The notes beneath the pieces are model-generated. The model searched no databases and had not been told where the DNA came from. It saw only the letters and a program-made list of their open reading frames with translations. Shown piece by piece: positions 19,400 through 28,048 of a DNA stretch of 64,000 nt (the stretch's first letter is position 1; each line of letters begins with the position of its first letter). A program made the position numbers and the translations under genes. The DNA lies in the NCBI GenBank assembly GCA_963696395.1, contig CAVOJZ010000002.1:70433-134432 (forward strand). Direction: 5' to 3'. Origin of the DNA: an uncultured bacterium. Its GTDB lineage: Bacteria; Patescibacteriota; Minisyncoccia; UBA6257; 2-01-FULL-56-20.

Positions 19400-19612
19400 C
19401 TAGTCATACGCCACCATCGGCCCTTCCCATGCCTCCGGCTTATCCAAAGCGTCATACACAATATCTTCTACGGGTTCCTCGGGTCTTTCTATAACAACCC
19501 ATTTCCCCTTCTGCCAGGCATGGTGAGGGAAATATTCATACTCAGGTTTCCAGAACGGTTTCTTCGCGTGAATACGGAAGTAGGTTCGAATGGCGTTCAG
19601 CCCCCGCAGCAA
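19400..19612 (-). pseudogene. Probable C-terminal remnant of a site-specific recombinase overlapping a tRNA-like att site
   Basis: LRGLNAIRTYF overlaps GGTTCGAAT...GCCCCCGCAGC (19583-19610), which resembles the tRNA-Gln 3' end. Confidence 0.35.
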
Positions 19613-19617
19613 ATATC

Positions 19618-20166
19618 TTACTTCCCATTCATGGCCGCAAAGGTCGCGGCATCAATAACTCCAGTCTCCGGTATATTTTTTGCTTTTTGAAACGATACGA
19701 TAGCTGCCTGCGTGAGAGAACCGAAGTAACCTGTAGGGGCGTCGATTTTCAAATATCCAAGCTTCATAAAGAATGATTGAATATCATCCACCTGCGAACC
19801 TGTGGCTCCAATCTTTACTGAATTAAATGGCGATGCCTGTGCCGATAAAAATGGCGTGAGAGAATTTGCTCCCACAGCGACGGATCCCGATATGGGCAGG
19901 TTCTGGGCCTTTTCCCAAGACTCAAGAGCTCCTTGGGTCTCTGAGCCAAAATAACCGGTTACGTTCGATTTCAAATATCCCTGCTTTATGAGCATCCTTT
20001 GGAGTGCGGCAACAGGAACTCCTGTGCTTCCAACCTTAAAGACAAGAAGGCTCTGACTCGGCGAAGAAGATGCCTGCGCCTTGGTCAATAATGGAAGTGT
20101 TAAAAAGGCGACGGTAAATATTGTAACTATGTTTTTGGTTCGTGGATTCATGTTCTCTTTTTTCAC
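19618..20166 (-). CDS. Secreted protein with two peptidoglycan-binding (PG_binding_1) domains
   Basis: Two repeats: GSTG..VAALQRML..TGYFGSETQGAL and GATGSQVDDIQ..TGYFGSLTQAAIVSFQ. Confidence 0.88.
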   Translation of the reverse strand: MKKENMNPRTKNIVTIFTVAFLTLPLLTKAQASSSPSQSLLVFKVGSTGVPVAALQRMLIKQGYLKSNVTGYFGSETQGALESWEKAQNLPISGSVAVGANSLTPFLSAQASPFNSVKIGATGSQVDDIQSFFMKLGYLKIDAPTGYFGSLTQAAIVSFQKAKNIPETGVIDAATFAAMNGK

Positions 20167-20174
20167 TACTTTTT

Positions 20175-22418
20175 TTAATCGTTACATGTATAAAGCGGAG
20201 TGTCTCCTAATGACTCGACTCCTTGATCAACAAGGGTGCAGGTACCATCGTTGCCACCACCGGAAGATGTGCCGGTCACGCACGAAGGGTCAGATGGATT
20301 CTCGGCACAATAACTTGCGCAGTCCGGATCGCTAGGATTTTGCGCGCAGTAGTCATCGCCATCCTCCGTACTACAAAGCGAATCGTCGGGATTCTGAACG
20401 CAATATTGCATACAAGCGTCACTCGTTGGATCTTGAACGCACGCATTTGATCCTTGGCAACTCGGATCGTTAGGATTTTGGCTACAGTTTGTAATACAGC
20501 TCCCATCAGATAGCTGGATCTGCCCAGTTTGGCAATTACCCTGGCAAGCGTTGCCCGGATCAGAAACCGTATTACCATCGGAATCTTGGCATTCCACAAT
20601 ACCGGTTGGCTTACACGTACAAGAAGTGCCGTTGCCGTAGGCGCAGGTCATAGATCCATTCCCTTCGTCATTCGCGGAACAGGTTGGTGATTGGCTAAAC
20701 ACGCATTGATCACTCGTCGGGTCATATTGCATGCCAAGGAGCGCACAATTTTGCTGATTGTTCTGTATGCATGTTCCATAATTCAAATTAGCTGTCGTAC
20801 CCGTTGGGCAACTCTGGCACGCTTGTATTTGTTCGTTCCAGATACTGTTCGGCGAATTGCCACACAGCTTCGATTCCTCAACACATTCTCCCCCCCCTCC
20901 AGCCGAAACCACAGCCGCTTGCCCTTCGGGACAAGCCGCATCACAGCTATCAGGATCGACTTGGATACTCTTTCCTGCTACCAAATCTTTTAGATACTGA
21001 ACTTCCGCAGCATCTACCTGCGCAGGCGCCGCGGGATCAAATGGATTTTGGGCGGGGTTCATAATATCGCCAGGATCATCATTATGGGCTAGTCCCAGAC
21101 AATGGAGCATTTCGTGCTCGATAACATTGGTCATAGCACCCTCAGAAGCAGAGGTTAAATTTTCCGTGGCTGCATAATTTATCACATTTTCATCCATAAG
21201 ATTCGCGGTGCATGAATTGTCAAAGGTTCCATCCGGCTGGATTGTTGACACAGAGACGGCAACTCCTGCCTCGTTCGGATCGGCTACACTATCATTCGTT
21301 TCTACTATAAGTTGATTATTGGTCTGACCGTCCACGGGCTGCGGTCCTTCAAGCGCAGTGATTGCGGAAAGGGCATTTGAAGCTGCCGCAGCAACAGTAG
21401 GATTGGATCCATCAGAGAGCGACGATCCGAGAGAAAAGTTAAAATTTCCACCGACTCCATAAATCTGTCCATTGGGATAAACTAAAATGTTGGCAGTATC
21501 GTCTGAGCCTGCAAGCGAACACTCGGCCAATTTTCCTGTGTCATTGCCAATGACAACTGGATTTCCTCCGGCGCTCTGGGCGTAAGCGGTGGAAACGGAA
21601 ACCATATCAATGGAGTTGGAGCCGAAGAAGTTGATGAGCGGTTGAAAAAGCACGGGTAGCACAACCACGTACGTATCCGCACTCGCAGTTCCCGACGACC
21701 CAATACAGGTGAGATCATAATTCTGCAAACCAATCGATGAGGGTGTTTCTGCTGAGCTTCCGGAAATCGATTTATCTCCAGACCAAGCCCCCGAGGCAGT
21801 GCACGACGTTGTGTTCGCTGACGACCACGTGAGTACTGAAGATCCTCCAAGGGTAACGATGGACGGAGACGCACTCACCATGACCGTGGGCGAGGTTGAA
21901 GTGGAAATAGTTGACGTTGGGCTGAATACTCTGGGGGGTGGACCGTTGCATCCCCACGCCGGACACGGATGAAATGTTGAGGTCGGGGTGGACGAGGGAG
22001 TAAATGTTGAGGTAACTATTCTGAGAGGTGGGCCGTTGCATCCCCACGCCGGACACGGATGAAATGTTGACGATGCGGTAGAGGTCTCTGTCGGAAAGGT
22101 GTCGGTATACTGGGTTACCGCCACCAATACTTCCCCACTTTTGGGATCGGTGATGAGAGCAGATTGAAAACCATCACCCGACAATTGTTCTATGTTGAGA
22201 TTCGAATTTCCTGCGAGTGCAAGAATAGCCGGGAATGAACTAGTGGCTTGAATCTCTGAAAGCACCGTTTGATACTCCGAATAAGAAGAGGTGGCTATTT
22301 GGGCTTCAGAATAGCGCAAGGGGAAAACTTTGGATCCCGCATACCACAACACGAAAGTTGCCACGAGAACCACCGCGGCAGGCCATACAATCCGCTTCAG
22401 GATCCGTGGAAATTCCAT
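20175..22418 (-). CDS. Membrane-anchored metzincin (M10/matrixin-like) with Cys-rich C-terminal repeats
   Basis: HEMLHCLGLAH zinc motif + DIMNP Met-turn; CxxNPxDPxC repeats. Confidence 0.82.
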   Translation of the reverse strand: MEFPRILKRIVWPAAVVLVATFVLWYAGSKVFPLRYSEAQIATSSYSEYQTVLSEIQATSSFPAILALAGNSNLNIEQLSGDGFQSALITDPKSGEVLVAVTQYTDTFPTETSTASSTFHPCPAWGCNGPPLRIVTSTFTPSSTPTSTFHPCPAWGCNGPPPRVFSPTSTISTSTSPTVMVSASPSIVTLGGSSVLTWSSANTTSCTASGAWSGDKSISGSSAETPSSIGLQNYDLTCIGSSGTASADTYVVVLPVLFQPLINFFGSNSIDMVSVSTAYAQSAGGNPVVIGNDTGKLAECSLAGSDDTANILVYPNGQIYGVGGNFNFSLGSSLSDGSNPTVAAAASNALSAITALEGPQPVDGQTNNQLIVETNDSVADPNEAGVAVSVSTIQPDGTFDNSCTANLMDENVINYAATENLTSASEGAMTNVIEHEMLHCLGLAHNDDPGDIMNPAQNPFDPAAPAQVDAAEVQYLKDLVAGKSIQVDPDSCDAACPEGQAAVVSAGGGGECVEESKLCGNSPNSIWNEQIQACQSCPTGTTANLNYGTCIQNNQQNCALLGMQYDPTSDQCVFSQSPTCSANDEGNGSMTCAYGNGTSCTCKPTGIVECQDSDGNTVSDPGNACQGNCQTGQIQLSDGSCITNCSQNPNDPSCQGSNACVQDPTSDACMQYCVQNPDDSLCSTEDGDDYCAQNPSDPDCASYCAENPSDPSCVTGTSSGGGNDGTCTLVDQGVESLGDTPLYTCND
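21943..22070. repeat. Exact 38-bp direct repeat, period 90 bp, within a duplicated STFHPCPAWGCNGPP peptide
   Basis: 21943-21980 is identical to 22033-22070. Confidence 0.92.
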
Positions 22419-22494
22419 AATATATATCCTACCATATCATATCAACATCCTTCACTGATCAAAATCCGAAAACGATAAGGCTAATAATAATGAA

Positions 22495-22524
22495 TGCCCT
22501 CCGGAGCAAAGCTCAAGGAGGGCA
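22495..22524 (-). terminator. Hairpin downstream of the 22542-22865 gene
   Basis: tgccctcc/ggagggca stem with inner gagc/gctc. Confidence 0.45.
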
Positions 22525-22541
22525 GAATGAAATGCATTGGC

Positions 22542-22865
22542 TCAAGGCTGCTTCAGATAACTTGCGACCTTGCACCCATGACGGTTCACGATGAGATAGC
22601 TCACGATCTCGCCATTTTTGTCCCTGCGTAGTGATGAAACCTTCAACCTCGCCTTGGACTGTTGGGCGATTCTGATAACCTGTTCGAAGTCTTTCTCCTT
22701 CGCTGCAGCGTTCAGCCTCGCGATAACACCGGGAGGAATTGAGGCGACTACGCTTTTCCCTGAGCAGATATCATCGACCTTTTGCCCAACAAGCTTTGGA
22801 GGGCAAAGGCTGCACAGGGCAAAAACAAACAAAGAAACCACAACTGCTTTTGGCACCGACTTCAT
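22542..22865 (-). CDS. Small secreted hypothetical protein
   Basis: Signal peptide; SD-like AAGGGG; own TTGACA-17-TATGAT promoter (22961-22933). Confidence 0.6.
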   Translation of the reverse strand: MKSVPKAVVVSLFVFALCSLCPPKLVGQKVDDICSGKSVVASIPPGVIARLNAAAKEKDFEQVIRIAQQSKARLKVSSLRRDKNGEIVSYLIVNRHGCKVASYLKQP

Positions 22866-22973
22866 AATGACCCCTTTCGCTCAATATGTAGTGACATATT
22901 TAATACCTTTTCGCAGCGAATCACTGAAACATATCATATATTAAATATAACCAAATGTCAATATAGCGTAATG

Positions 22974-23907
22974 GTTCAATAGCTTGTAATCACCCCTGAG
23001 TGATTCAAGCTATGGATATGGCATATTCAAATAACGAGCAGTTGCCCCATGTCCGCATGGAGGCAGTGCGTTTGGTGCGGTCAGGATGGTCGACGAGAAA
23101 GGTCGCGCGGCATCTTGGCTTCTCCCAGGGGGCGATCGTCCAATGGATGAAGCGGGCACCTGCAAACCGCATGGCGCGGATCATCCCCACGCGGTCATCA
23201 AAACCACATCATCATCCACGTGAACTTTCAGAAGATGTGGTTGATGCCATCCTCGCATATCGTGAAAAATATCATCGATGCGCTGAGGTGCTCCATATGA
23301 TGCTCACGCGCGATGGCGTTGCGGTCTCCCTCTCATCGGTCAAGCGGACGTTGCGGCGCTATCATCTCACGTATCCCTCGAAATGGAAGAAGTGGCACAC
23401 GTACCCGCCGCGACCACTGCCTGAAAAACCAGGTGTGCTCGTCGAAATCGACACCGTGCATGTGGGTCCCTCGGGCAACCAGCTGTATCTCTACACGCTC
23501 ATCGATGTCTGCACGCGCTGGGCATATGCGATCCCATCCTTGCGGATCAATACCCATCGCAGCCTCTCCTTCGTGCAATACGGGCAGATTGCATCACCCT
23601 TTGCCTTTCAAACGATCCAGTCGGATCACGGATCAGAGTTTTCAAAATGGTTCACCAAGCAGCTCGTGGCGCGTGGCCTTTCCCATCGCCATTCGCGGAT
23701 CCGCACGCCGAACGACAATGCCCACCTTGAGCGGTTCAACCGCACGATCCAAGATGAATATATCAAGCGAGTGCCCCGCGACCTTTCATTGTGGAAAAAG
23801 GAACTGCCGGAATATCTCCACTACTACAATACCGAACGGCCCCACATGGGGCTCGACATGAAAACGCCGCAAGAAAAAATCGCCGAACTGATTACAAGCT
23901 ATTGAAC
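22974..23907 (+). mobile_element. IS481-like element, 934 bp, with 19-bp perfect terminal inverted repeats
   Basis: GTTCAATAGCTTGTAATCA at 22974-22992 and its reverse complement at 23889-23907. Confidence 0.85.
23018..23905 (+). CDS. IS481-family DDE transposase (HTH + rve integrase core)
   Basis: VEIDT, IQSDHGSEF, NAHLERFNRTIQDE, YNTERPHMGL. Confidence 0.9.
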   Translation: MAYSNNEQLPHVRMEAVRLVRSGWSTRKVARHLGFSQGAIVQWMKRAPANRMARIIPTRSSKPHHHPRELSEDVVDAILAYREKYHRCAEVLHMMLTRDGVAVSLSSVKRTLRRYHLTYPSKWKKWHTYPPRPLPEKPGVLVEIDTVHVGPSGNQLYLYTLIDVCTRWAYAIPSLRINTHRSLSFVQYGQIASPFAFQTIQSDHGSEFSKWFTKQLVARGLSHRHSRIRTPNDNAHLERFNRTIQDEYIKRVPRDLSLWKKELPEYLHYYNTERPHMGLDMKTPQEKIAELITSY

Positions 23908-24184
23908 TTTATTCGTATAGCTTACAAACCCTTATTTTGCCTGTAAAACCATCAAATGAGACACTTTGAAAATTCACAGAAAATGTCTCACTTGTACCGC
24001 GACCGAGACGGGTCAGTCCTCCCCTCCCAATGACCTCCAAAGAACGCTTGTGGGGCTTGAACGGTGGTGGTACTAGACCGAGGAACACAGCACTTCTTGT
24101 AAATCGTCTTTTTTTGAAATATTTGCGATAGTCTACCGTTCGAACATCATTCAGCCCATAGTACTGAAATGGTATGATTTTCAT

Positions 24185-24481
24185 ATGGCAACCATTCGTA
24201 AGAAAATCTGGCCGGAGAATTTCGACCTTGTCGCATCGGGCAAGAAACAGTTCGAACTGCGCTTGGCTGATTTTGATGTGAACGAGGGCGACACGCTTGT
24301 GCTTGAAGAATGGGATCCGAAAACGAAGGCGTATACCGGCAGGACAATAGAAAGAAGCGTGGGGTATATTTTAAAATTTCCGCTTGATAAATTCGGGCAA
24401 AAGAAAGAGGTTATAGAGAAAGGACTATACGTGATTCAGATTACGCAAAAAGAAAAACAGCGACCTCGACTAAAAAAATAA
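24185..24481 (+). CDS. DUF3850/ASCH-like PUA-fold protein
   Basis: KKIWPENF..SGKKQFELRLADF..GDTLVLEEW. Confidence 0.8.
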   Translation: MATIRKKIWPENFDLVASGKKQFELRLADFDVNEGDTLVLEEWDPKTKAYTGRTIERSVGYILKFPLDKFGQKKEVIEKGLYVIQITQKEKQRPRLKK

Positions 24482-24574
24482 AAGTCGCAGCCATTACGCG
24501 CAGCTAGACAAGATAGCAATAATGTGCTATCATGTTTCCGGACTCAATTTCCAATTCAAAACTTAGGAGGCAGC

Positions 24575-24922
24575 ATGCCGCCGTCAGAACTTCGAGATTT
24601 CCTGAAACACAGCTTCGGCGAACGCGTTGTAAGCATCGCTGATAAGCCGGCACCTGAACTACCGAATTTTATCGAAGGATTTCTGATTGAAACGAGCGAC
24701 GTGATCACGGATGAGGCTCTTTCTGTTATGCTTCGCCGATACTACGTCGACGTGCCGATCAACGTACGCGAATGTGGCTTTTATTGGATCATGTACCCGG
24801 ACAAAGAAACGCTCCTTCTAACGATCACCAACTACAGCGAAATCGGAGGCGCGGCATTTTTCGGGGGCGATCCTAAGCGTGGCGGCATTGGCATTACCAT
24901 CACGAGTCATCCCGAAGTGTAA
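24575..24922 (+). CDS. Hypothetical protein
   Basis: AGGAGG SD; TAGACA-17-TATCAT promoter (24505-24533); terminator follows. Confidence 0.65.
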   Translation: MPPSELRDFLKHSFGERVVSIADKPAPELPNFIEGFLIETSDVITDEALSVMLRRYYVDVPINVRECGFYWIMYPDKETLLLTITNYSEIGGAAFFGGDPKRGGIGITITSHPEV

Positions 24923-24933
24923 GTTGCTCTATT

Positions 24934-24969
24934 AAGTGGCGTTATCCCATCGGGGGACGCCACTTTTTC
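24934..24969. terminator. Intrinsic terminator between convergent genes
   Basis: aagtggcgt/acgccactt stem + T-tract. Confidence 0.7.
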
Positions 24970-24973
24970 TTAT

Positions 24974-25546
24974 TTAAAAACCAGCCAAGACTTCTTCTGT
25001 TTTTCTTACCAAGCCGATCCGCGGGAACGTTTTAGACACCGTGAATTGATGTTCTTCATCTGACATGGCGGACATGGCGTCTTCGACGAAAATTTGATGA
25101 TAGCCGTATTCATAGGCAAACCGAGCGGTGCTCTCAACCCCGATGTTTGTGGATATGCCACATAGGACCATGGTGGTTATCCCCCGCCGCCGGAATTCCA
25201 AGTCGAGCTCCGTGCCATAAAATGCGCCCCACTGATGCTTTGTGATCACAAAATCACCCGGCATCGGTCCCATCTCGGGGACAATCTCCGCCCAGTCGGA
25301 CGCAGGAGCCTGAGTCCACGGCGCAACGTCGGCAACCGGGCGCAAGGCGTCTTTGCCATCCGCTGACGGAGTTACCCGCACCAAAAAAACCGGCATACCG
25401 TTTTTTCTGAAAGCGTCGGCGAGCATCGCTGCATTTTTAATTACATCGGCAGCGGCGTGCGGCGCGGTCTGCCGTCCGGCGATACCTTTTTGGAGATCGA
25501 TGACGACTAATGCTGTTTTTGATTTATCGATGGATAGATTGTTCAT
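24974..25546 (-). CDS. Isochorismatase-family cysteine hydrolase (YecD-like)
   Basis: ALVVIDLQKGI, KHQWGAFYGT, GISTNIGVESTAR. Confidence 0.9.
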   Translation of the reverse strand: MNNLSIDKSKTALVVIDLQKGIAGRQTAPHAAADVIKNAAMLADAFRKNGMPVFLVRVTPSADGKDALRPVADVAPWTQAPASDWAEIVPEMGPMPGDFVITKHQWGAFYGTELDLEFRRRGITTMVLCGISTNIGVESTARFAYEYGYHQIFVEDAMSAMSDEEHQFTVSKTFPRIGLVRKTEEVLAGF

Positions 25547-25564
25547 ATTGTTCAGTGAAGTTTA

Positions 25565-26227
25565 TTATCTCCGCGAGCGCGGTGTCTTGATAACACCGAT
25601 AACTTTTCCATTTACTGCGAAATCATCATTCTCATGAATGTGGATGGCCGGAAAATCGTGGGTTGAATCTGACATTAGAAGAATTTGATTATTTTCTTTG
25701 TCGATGTAATATTTTTTGATATTTGCCATGCCGTCAATAAGCGAAAGAACGATGTCGCCGTTATGCGCACTCTGATCCTCGCTGTCGATAATAACATAAT
25801 CCCCGTCTTCGATCTTCTTTCCATTCACTTCTGCTTTGTTCATTGAGGGACCGCTCACCTTTATGGCAAACAGCTTGTGCATTGCTGAACGGCGCTGCTC
25901 GATCAAAGAATTGGATACCCGCAAATAACCTTCGACGTTTGTTTCAGCAAACATCTGTGCCGGTCCGGCATTTGCAGAACCGAGTATGGGAATAGCCAAT
26001 AGCTTTGCGTGCTTGAGAAACGCACCAACCGATCCGTCCTGAGTTTTTTCGATTGTCTTTTTCACTTTATTTATGGTGATGAGTCCTTTCTTTTCAAGCT
26101 GAGCCAAGTGATGCTTTATTTTCTGCGGCGACCGCTCCCCAATGAATGCTCCGATCTCCCGCAACGTGTATTGGCCTAGATTTTTCTCCCGCGCAAGCTT
26201 TAATAATTTTTCTTGTATTTGATGCAT
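25565..26227 (-). CDS. lexA: LexA-like repressor (HTH + S24 peptidase)
   Basis: TLREIG..HHLAQLEKKG; IPILGSANAG cleavage site; GPSM catalytic Ser; NIKK catalytic Lys. Confidence 0.85.
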   Translation of the reverse strand: MHQIQEKLLKLAREKNLGQYTLREIGAFIGERSPQKIKHHLAQLEKKGLITINKVKKTIEKTQDGSVGAFLKHAKLLAIPILGSANAGPAQMFAETNVEGYLRVSNSLIEQRRSAMHKLFAIKVSGPSMNKAEVNGKKIEDGDYVIIDSEDQSAHNGDIVLSLIDGMANIKKYYIDKENNQILLMSDSTHDFPAIHIHENDDFAVNGKVIGVIKTPRSRR

Positions 26228-26233
26228 ATAACC

Positions 26234-26284
26234 AGAATATCAAGCCGGAAATTAAAGTCAAGCGTAACTGTGGACAACCTTGAC
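26234..26284 (-). promoter_or_regulatory. Leaderless lexA promoter with overlapping palindrome
   Basis: TTGACT-16-TATTCT, 6 nt before ATG; GTCAAG-N16-CTTGAC palindrome (26257-26284) overlaps the -35. Confidence 0.55.
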
Positions 26285-26287
26285 AAA

Positions 26288-26622
26288 CCATATAAATTCA
26301 AACCCCCCGTTCGGGTCGAGCGAAAGCGGAGGGTCTGGAATATGCATGATTGAGTTTTAACGTTATGCTGAGAAAAAGCGGTTTTTTGGCAAACATAGCG
26401 CGGGCGCGTTGTGAGGATTCCCCTATTCCTCCCCGCTGGCATTCATCGGCATGGAGCAAGCCACGTATTCGTTGCACTCCTCTATCTCGGAAATGCGGGT
26501 TCTTATTGATGCCCGATTTCGCCTGAGAACATCCGACTCTCTGCTGTCTCGCCAATCAGAGGCTTCCTCTCGTTAGTAGCGCATAGTAGGTAATCTTGCT
26601 TATTCTTTATTTGGACCTTTAA
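26288..26622 (-). ncRNA. Group I intron-like ribozyme without recognisable host gene
   Basis: Ordered P3 GCUAC/GUGGC, P4 GAGAG/UUCUC, R GCAACGAAUA, S UAUUC (P7), then P9 hairpin; several G-U pairs favour the minus strand; P6 is poor. Confidence 0.6.
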
Positions 26623-26686
26623 ATCTCTCTGCCGGCTTCCATGGCTGCCGGTTCACCAATTATTACAATGCCCTATTTTTTTTATT

Positions 26687-27349
26687 TCAGATCTTTTCAA
26701 TGGCGGAAGCCTCGATAAAACCGCTCGTGTCACGATCGCCAAAAACGACCACCAGATCCCCTGCCCTCAAATCACTTTCCGCCGCCGGCGCCATACCGGC
26801 CCCGAAAAGGACGGTTGATGTTTCGCCGCTCAAGCCCTGCAGAACAAAGCCGTTTGCGGCCAAAACCACGATTTCCCCCCGGTGGACGTCGGTGAGTTCG
26901 CCGGAATTATAGCCGTTATAATATGCGCCGAGAATTGGAGGATTGAATTGATAGAACGATATGTAAAAACTCGCAGCGGTCACGATGATCATGATGCCAA
27001 GTAATGAATATAAGAGCGGCCGTTGATATGCGAACGCGTAGTGGTTGATGAGAATAACAAGGACCAGCAAAAATATAAGCGAGAGCACAACGAGTAGCCA
27101 CGGTACCGATCGGAAGAATATATACCAACCCGCGAATCCAAGTCCTGGGGCAAGGAGCGCGCCCGACTCACGCAACAGGAATATGGCGAATCCTACGATA
27201 TAAATCAGGAATAGCCCAAGGATAATGCCACCTACAATCGCAAGGACGGTTTGCAGCACAAAATACGCCCTGGAATGCATCTTTATCCGCCCGCTCGCGA
27301 TTGCATCCAATACGTTCTTTTGAATTGCCTGTTCTTCAGACGGATCCAT
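26687..27349 (-). CDS. Membrane protein, probable anti-sigma factor
   Basis: Three TM segments plus a C-terminal OB-like domain; 1 bp downstream of an ECF sigma gene. Confidence 0.6.
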   Translation of the reverse strand: MDPSEEQAIQKNVLDAIASGRIKMHSRAYFVLQTVLAIVGGIILGLFLIYIVGFAIFLLRESGALLAPGLGFAGWYIFFRSVPWLLVVLSLIFLLVLVILINHYAFAYQRPLLYSLLGIMIIVTAASFYISFYQFNPPILGAYYNGYNSGELTDVHRGEIVVLAANGFVLQGLSGETSTVLFGAGMAPAAESDLRAGDLVVVFGDRDTSGFIEASAIEKI

Positions 27350-27350
27350 A

Positions 27351-27935
27351 TTATTTTTGAACCATTTTCTTTAACATCGCTTTCCCGCGTTGGAGACGAA
27401 CGCCAACGGTTGAAACCGGAATATGCAAAATATCTGCGATCGCTTTATAATCCATCTCCTCAAAATAGTATAGAACAAGTGGTTCTTTATATTTTGGTCC
27501 GAGCCTGTCGAGCGACGAATCAAGCATCGTTTTTAACTCGTGATGAGTCATGCCACCGTCGGCTGTTTCCTTCGCAACCAGCTGGGGAAAGAGGACGTCA
27601 AAATCAAAAATAGTCACATTGTCGCGCTCCTTCTGTTTCTTTTTAACGGCGTTCACAAATTCGTTATGGGCAATGCGATAGATCCACGGCGAAAACCTCC
27701 GATCAACGTCGAAGCTTCGGATGTTGATGTATGCCTTTATAAAAACCTCCTGGACGAGATCCTTTGCGTCATCGCCTTGAAACAGGAAACGCCGGGCGTA
27801 GCGGCTCATTTTTGGCTCATACCGCTCCATGAGAACTTTGAATGACTCGGCATCGCCCCTTTGAACCGACGCGGCGATCTGCTCGTCCGTTTTTTCATGC
27901 ATAAGAACGTATTTTTTTACTACAGCAACTGCCAT
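27351..27935 (-). CDS. ECF sigma factor (SigW-like)
   Basis: DLVQEVFIKAY, FSPWIYRIAHN, region 4 IPVSTVGVRLQRGK; start may be 27902. Confidence 0.92.
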   Translation of the reverse strand: MAVAVVKKYVLMHEKTDEQIAASVQRGDAESFKVLMERYEPKMSRYARRFLFQGDDAKDLVQEVFIKAYINIRSFDVDRRFSPWIYRIAHNEFVNAVKKKQKERDNVTIFDFDVLFPQLVAKETADGGMTHHELKTMLDSSLDRLGPKYKEPLVLYYFEEMDYKAIADILHIPVSTVGVRLQRGKAMLKKMVQK

Positions 27936-27981
27936 AGGTTTATTTCATAGAGAATCCGCCGCGCGGCCATCTGCGTACGTA

Positions 27982-28008
27982 TACGCCGGCCGGTCCGGGA
28001 ATGTTTCG
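27982..28008 (-). promoter_or_regulatory. ECF-type promoter (autoregulatory candidate)
   Basis: CGAAAC-17-CGTA resembles the B. subtilis SigW consensus TGAAAC-16-CGTA. Confidence 0.5.
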
Positions 28009-28048
28009 CTTATGGCGAAAAGCGTGCAAAAATGCGAGAATCTTTAGT

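Noticed and set aside
23909-24184. 91-aa ORF next to the IS
   Set aside because: No recognisable motif, abuts a divergent start codon with no promoter space; cannot be supported as a gene
26298-26555. 85-aa ORF as an intron-encoded endonuclease
   Set aside because: No LAGLIDADG, GIY-YIG or HNH motif; it runs across the predicted RNA core
26290-26660. tmRNA, RNase P RNA, SRP RNA or group II intron as the identity of the structured region
   Set aside because: No tRNA-like ends, no GAGGAAAGUCC/P4 pair, no SRP GGAA domain IV, no domain V motif; group I core elements fit better
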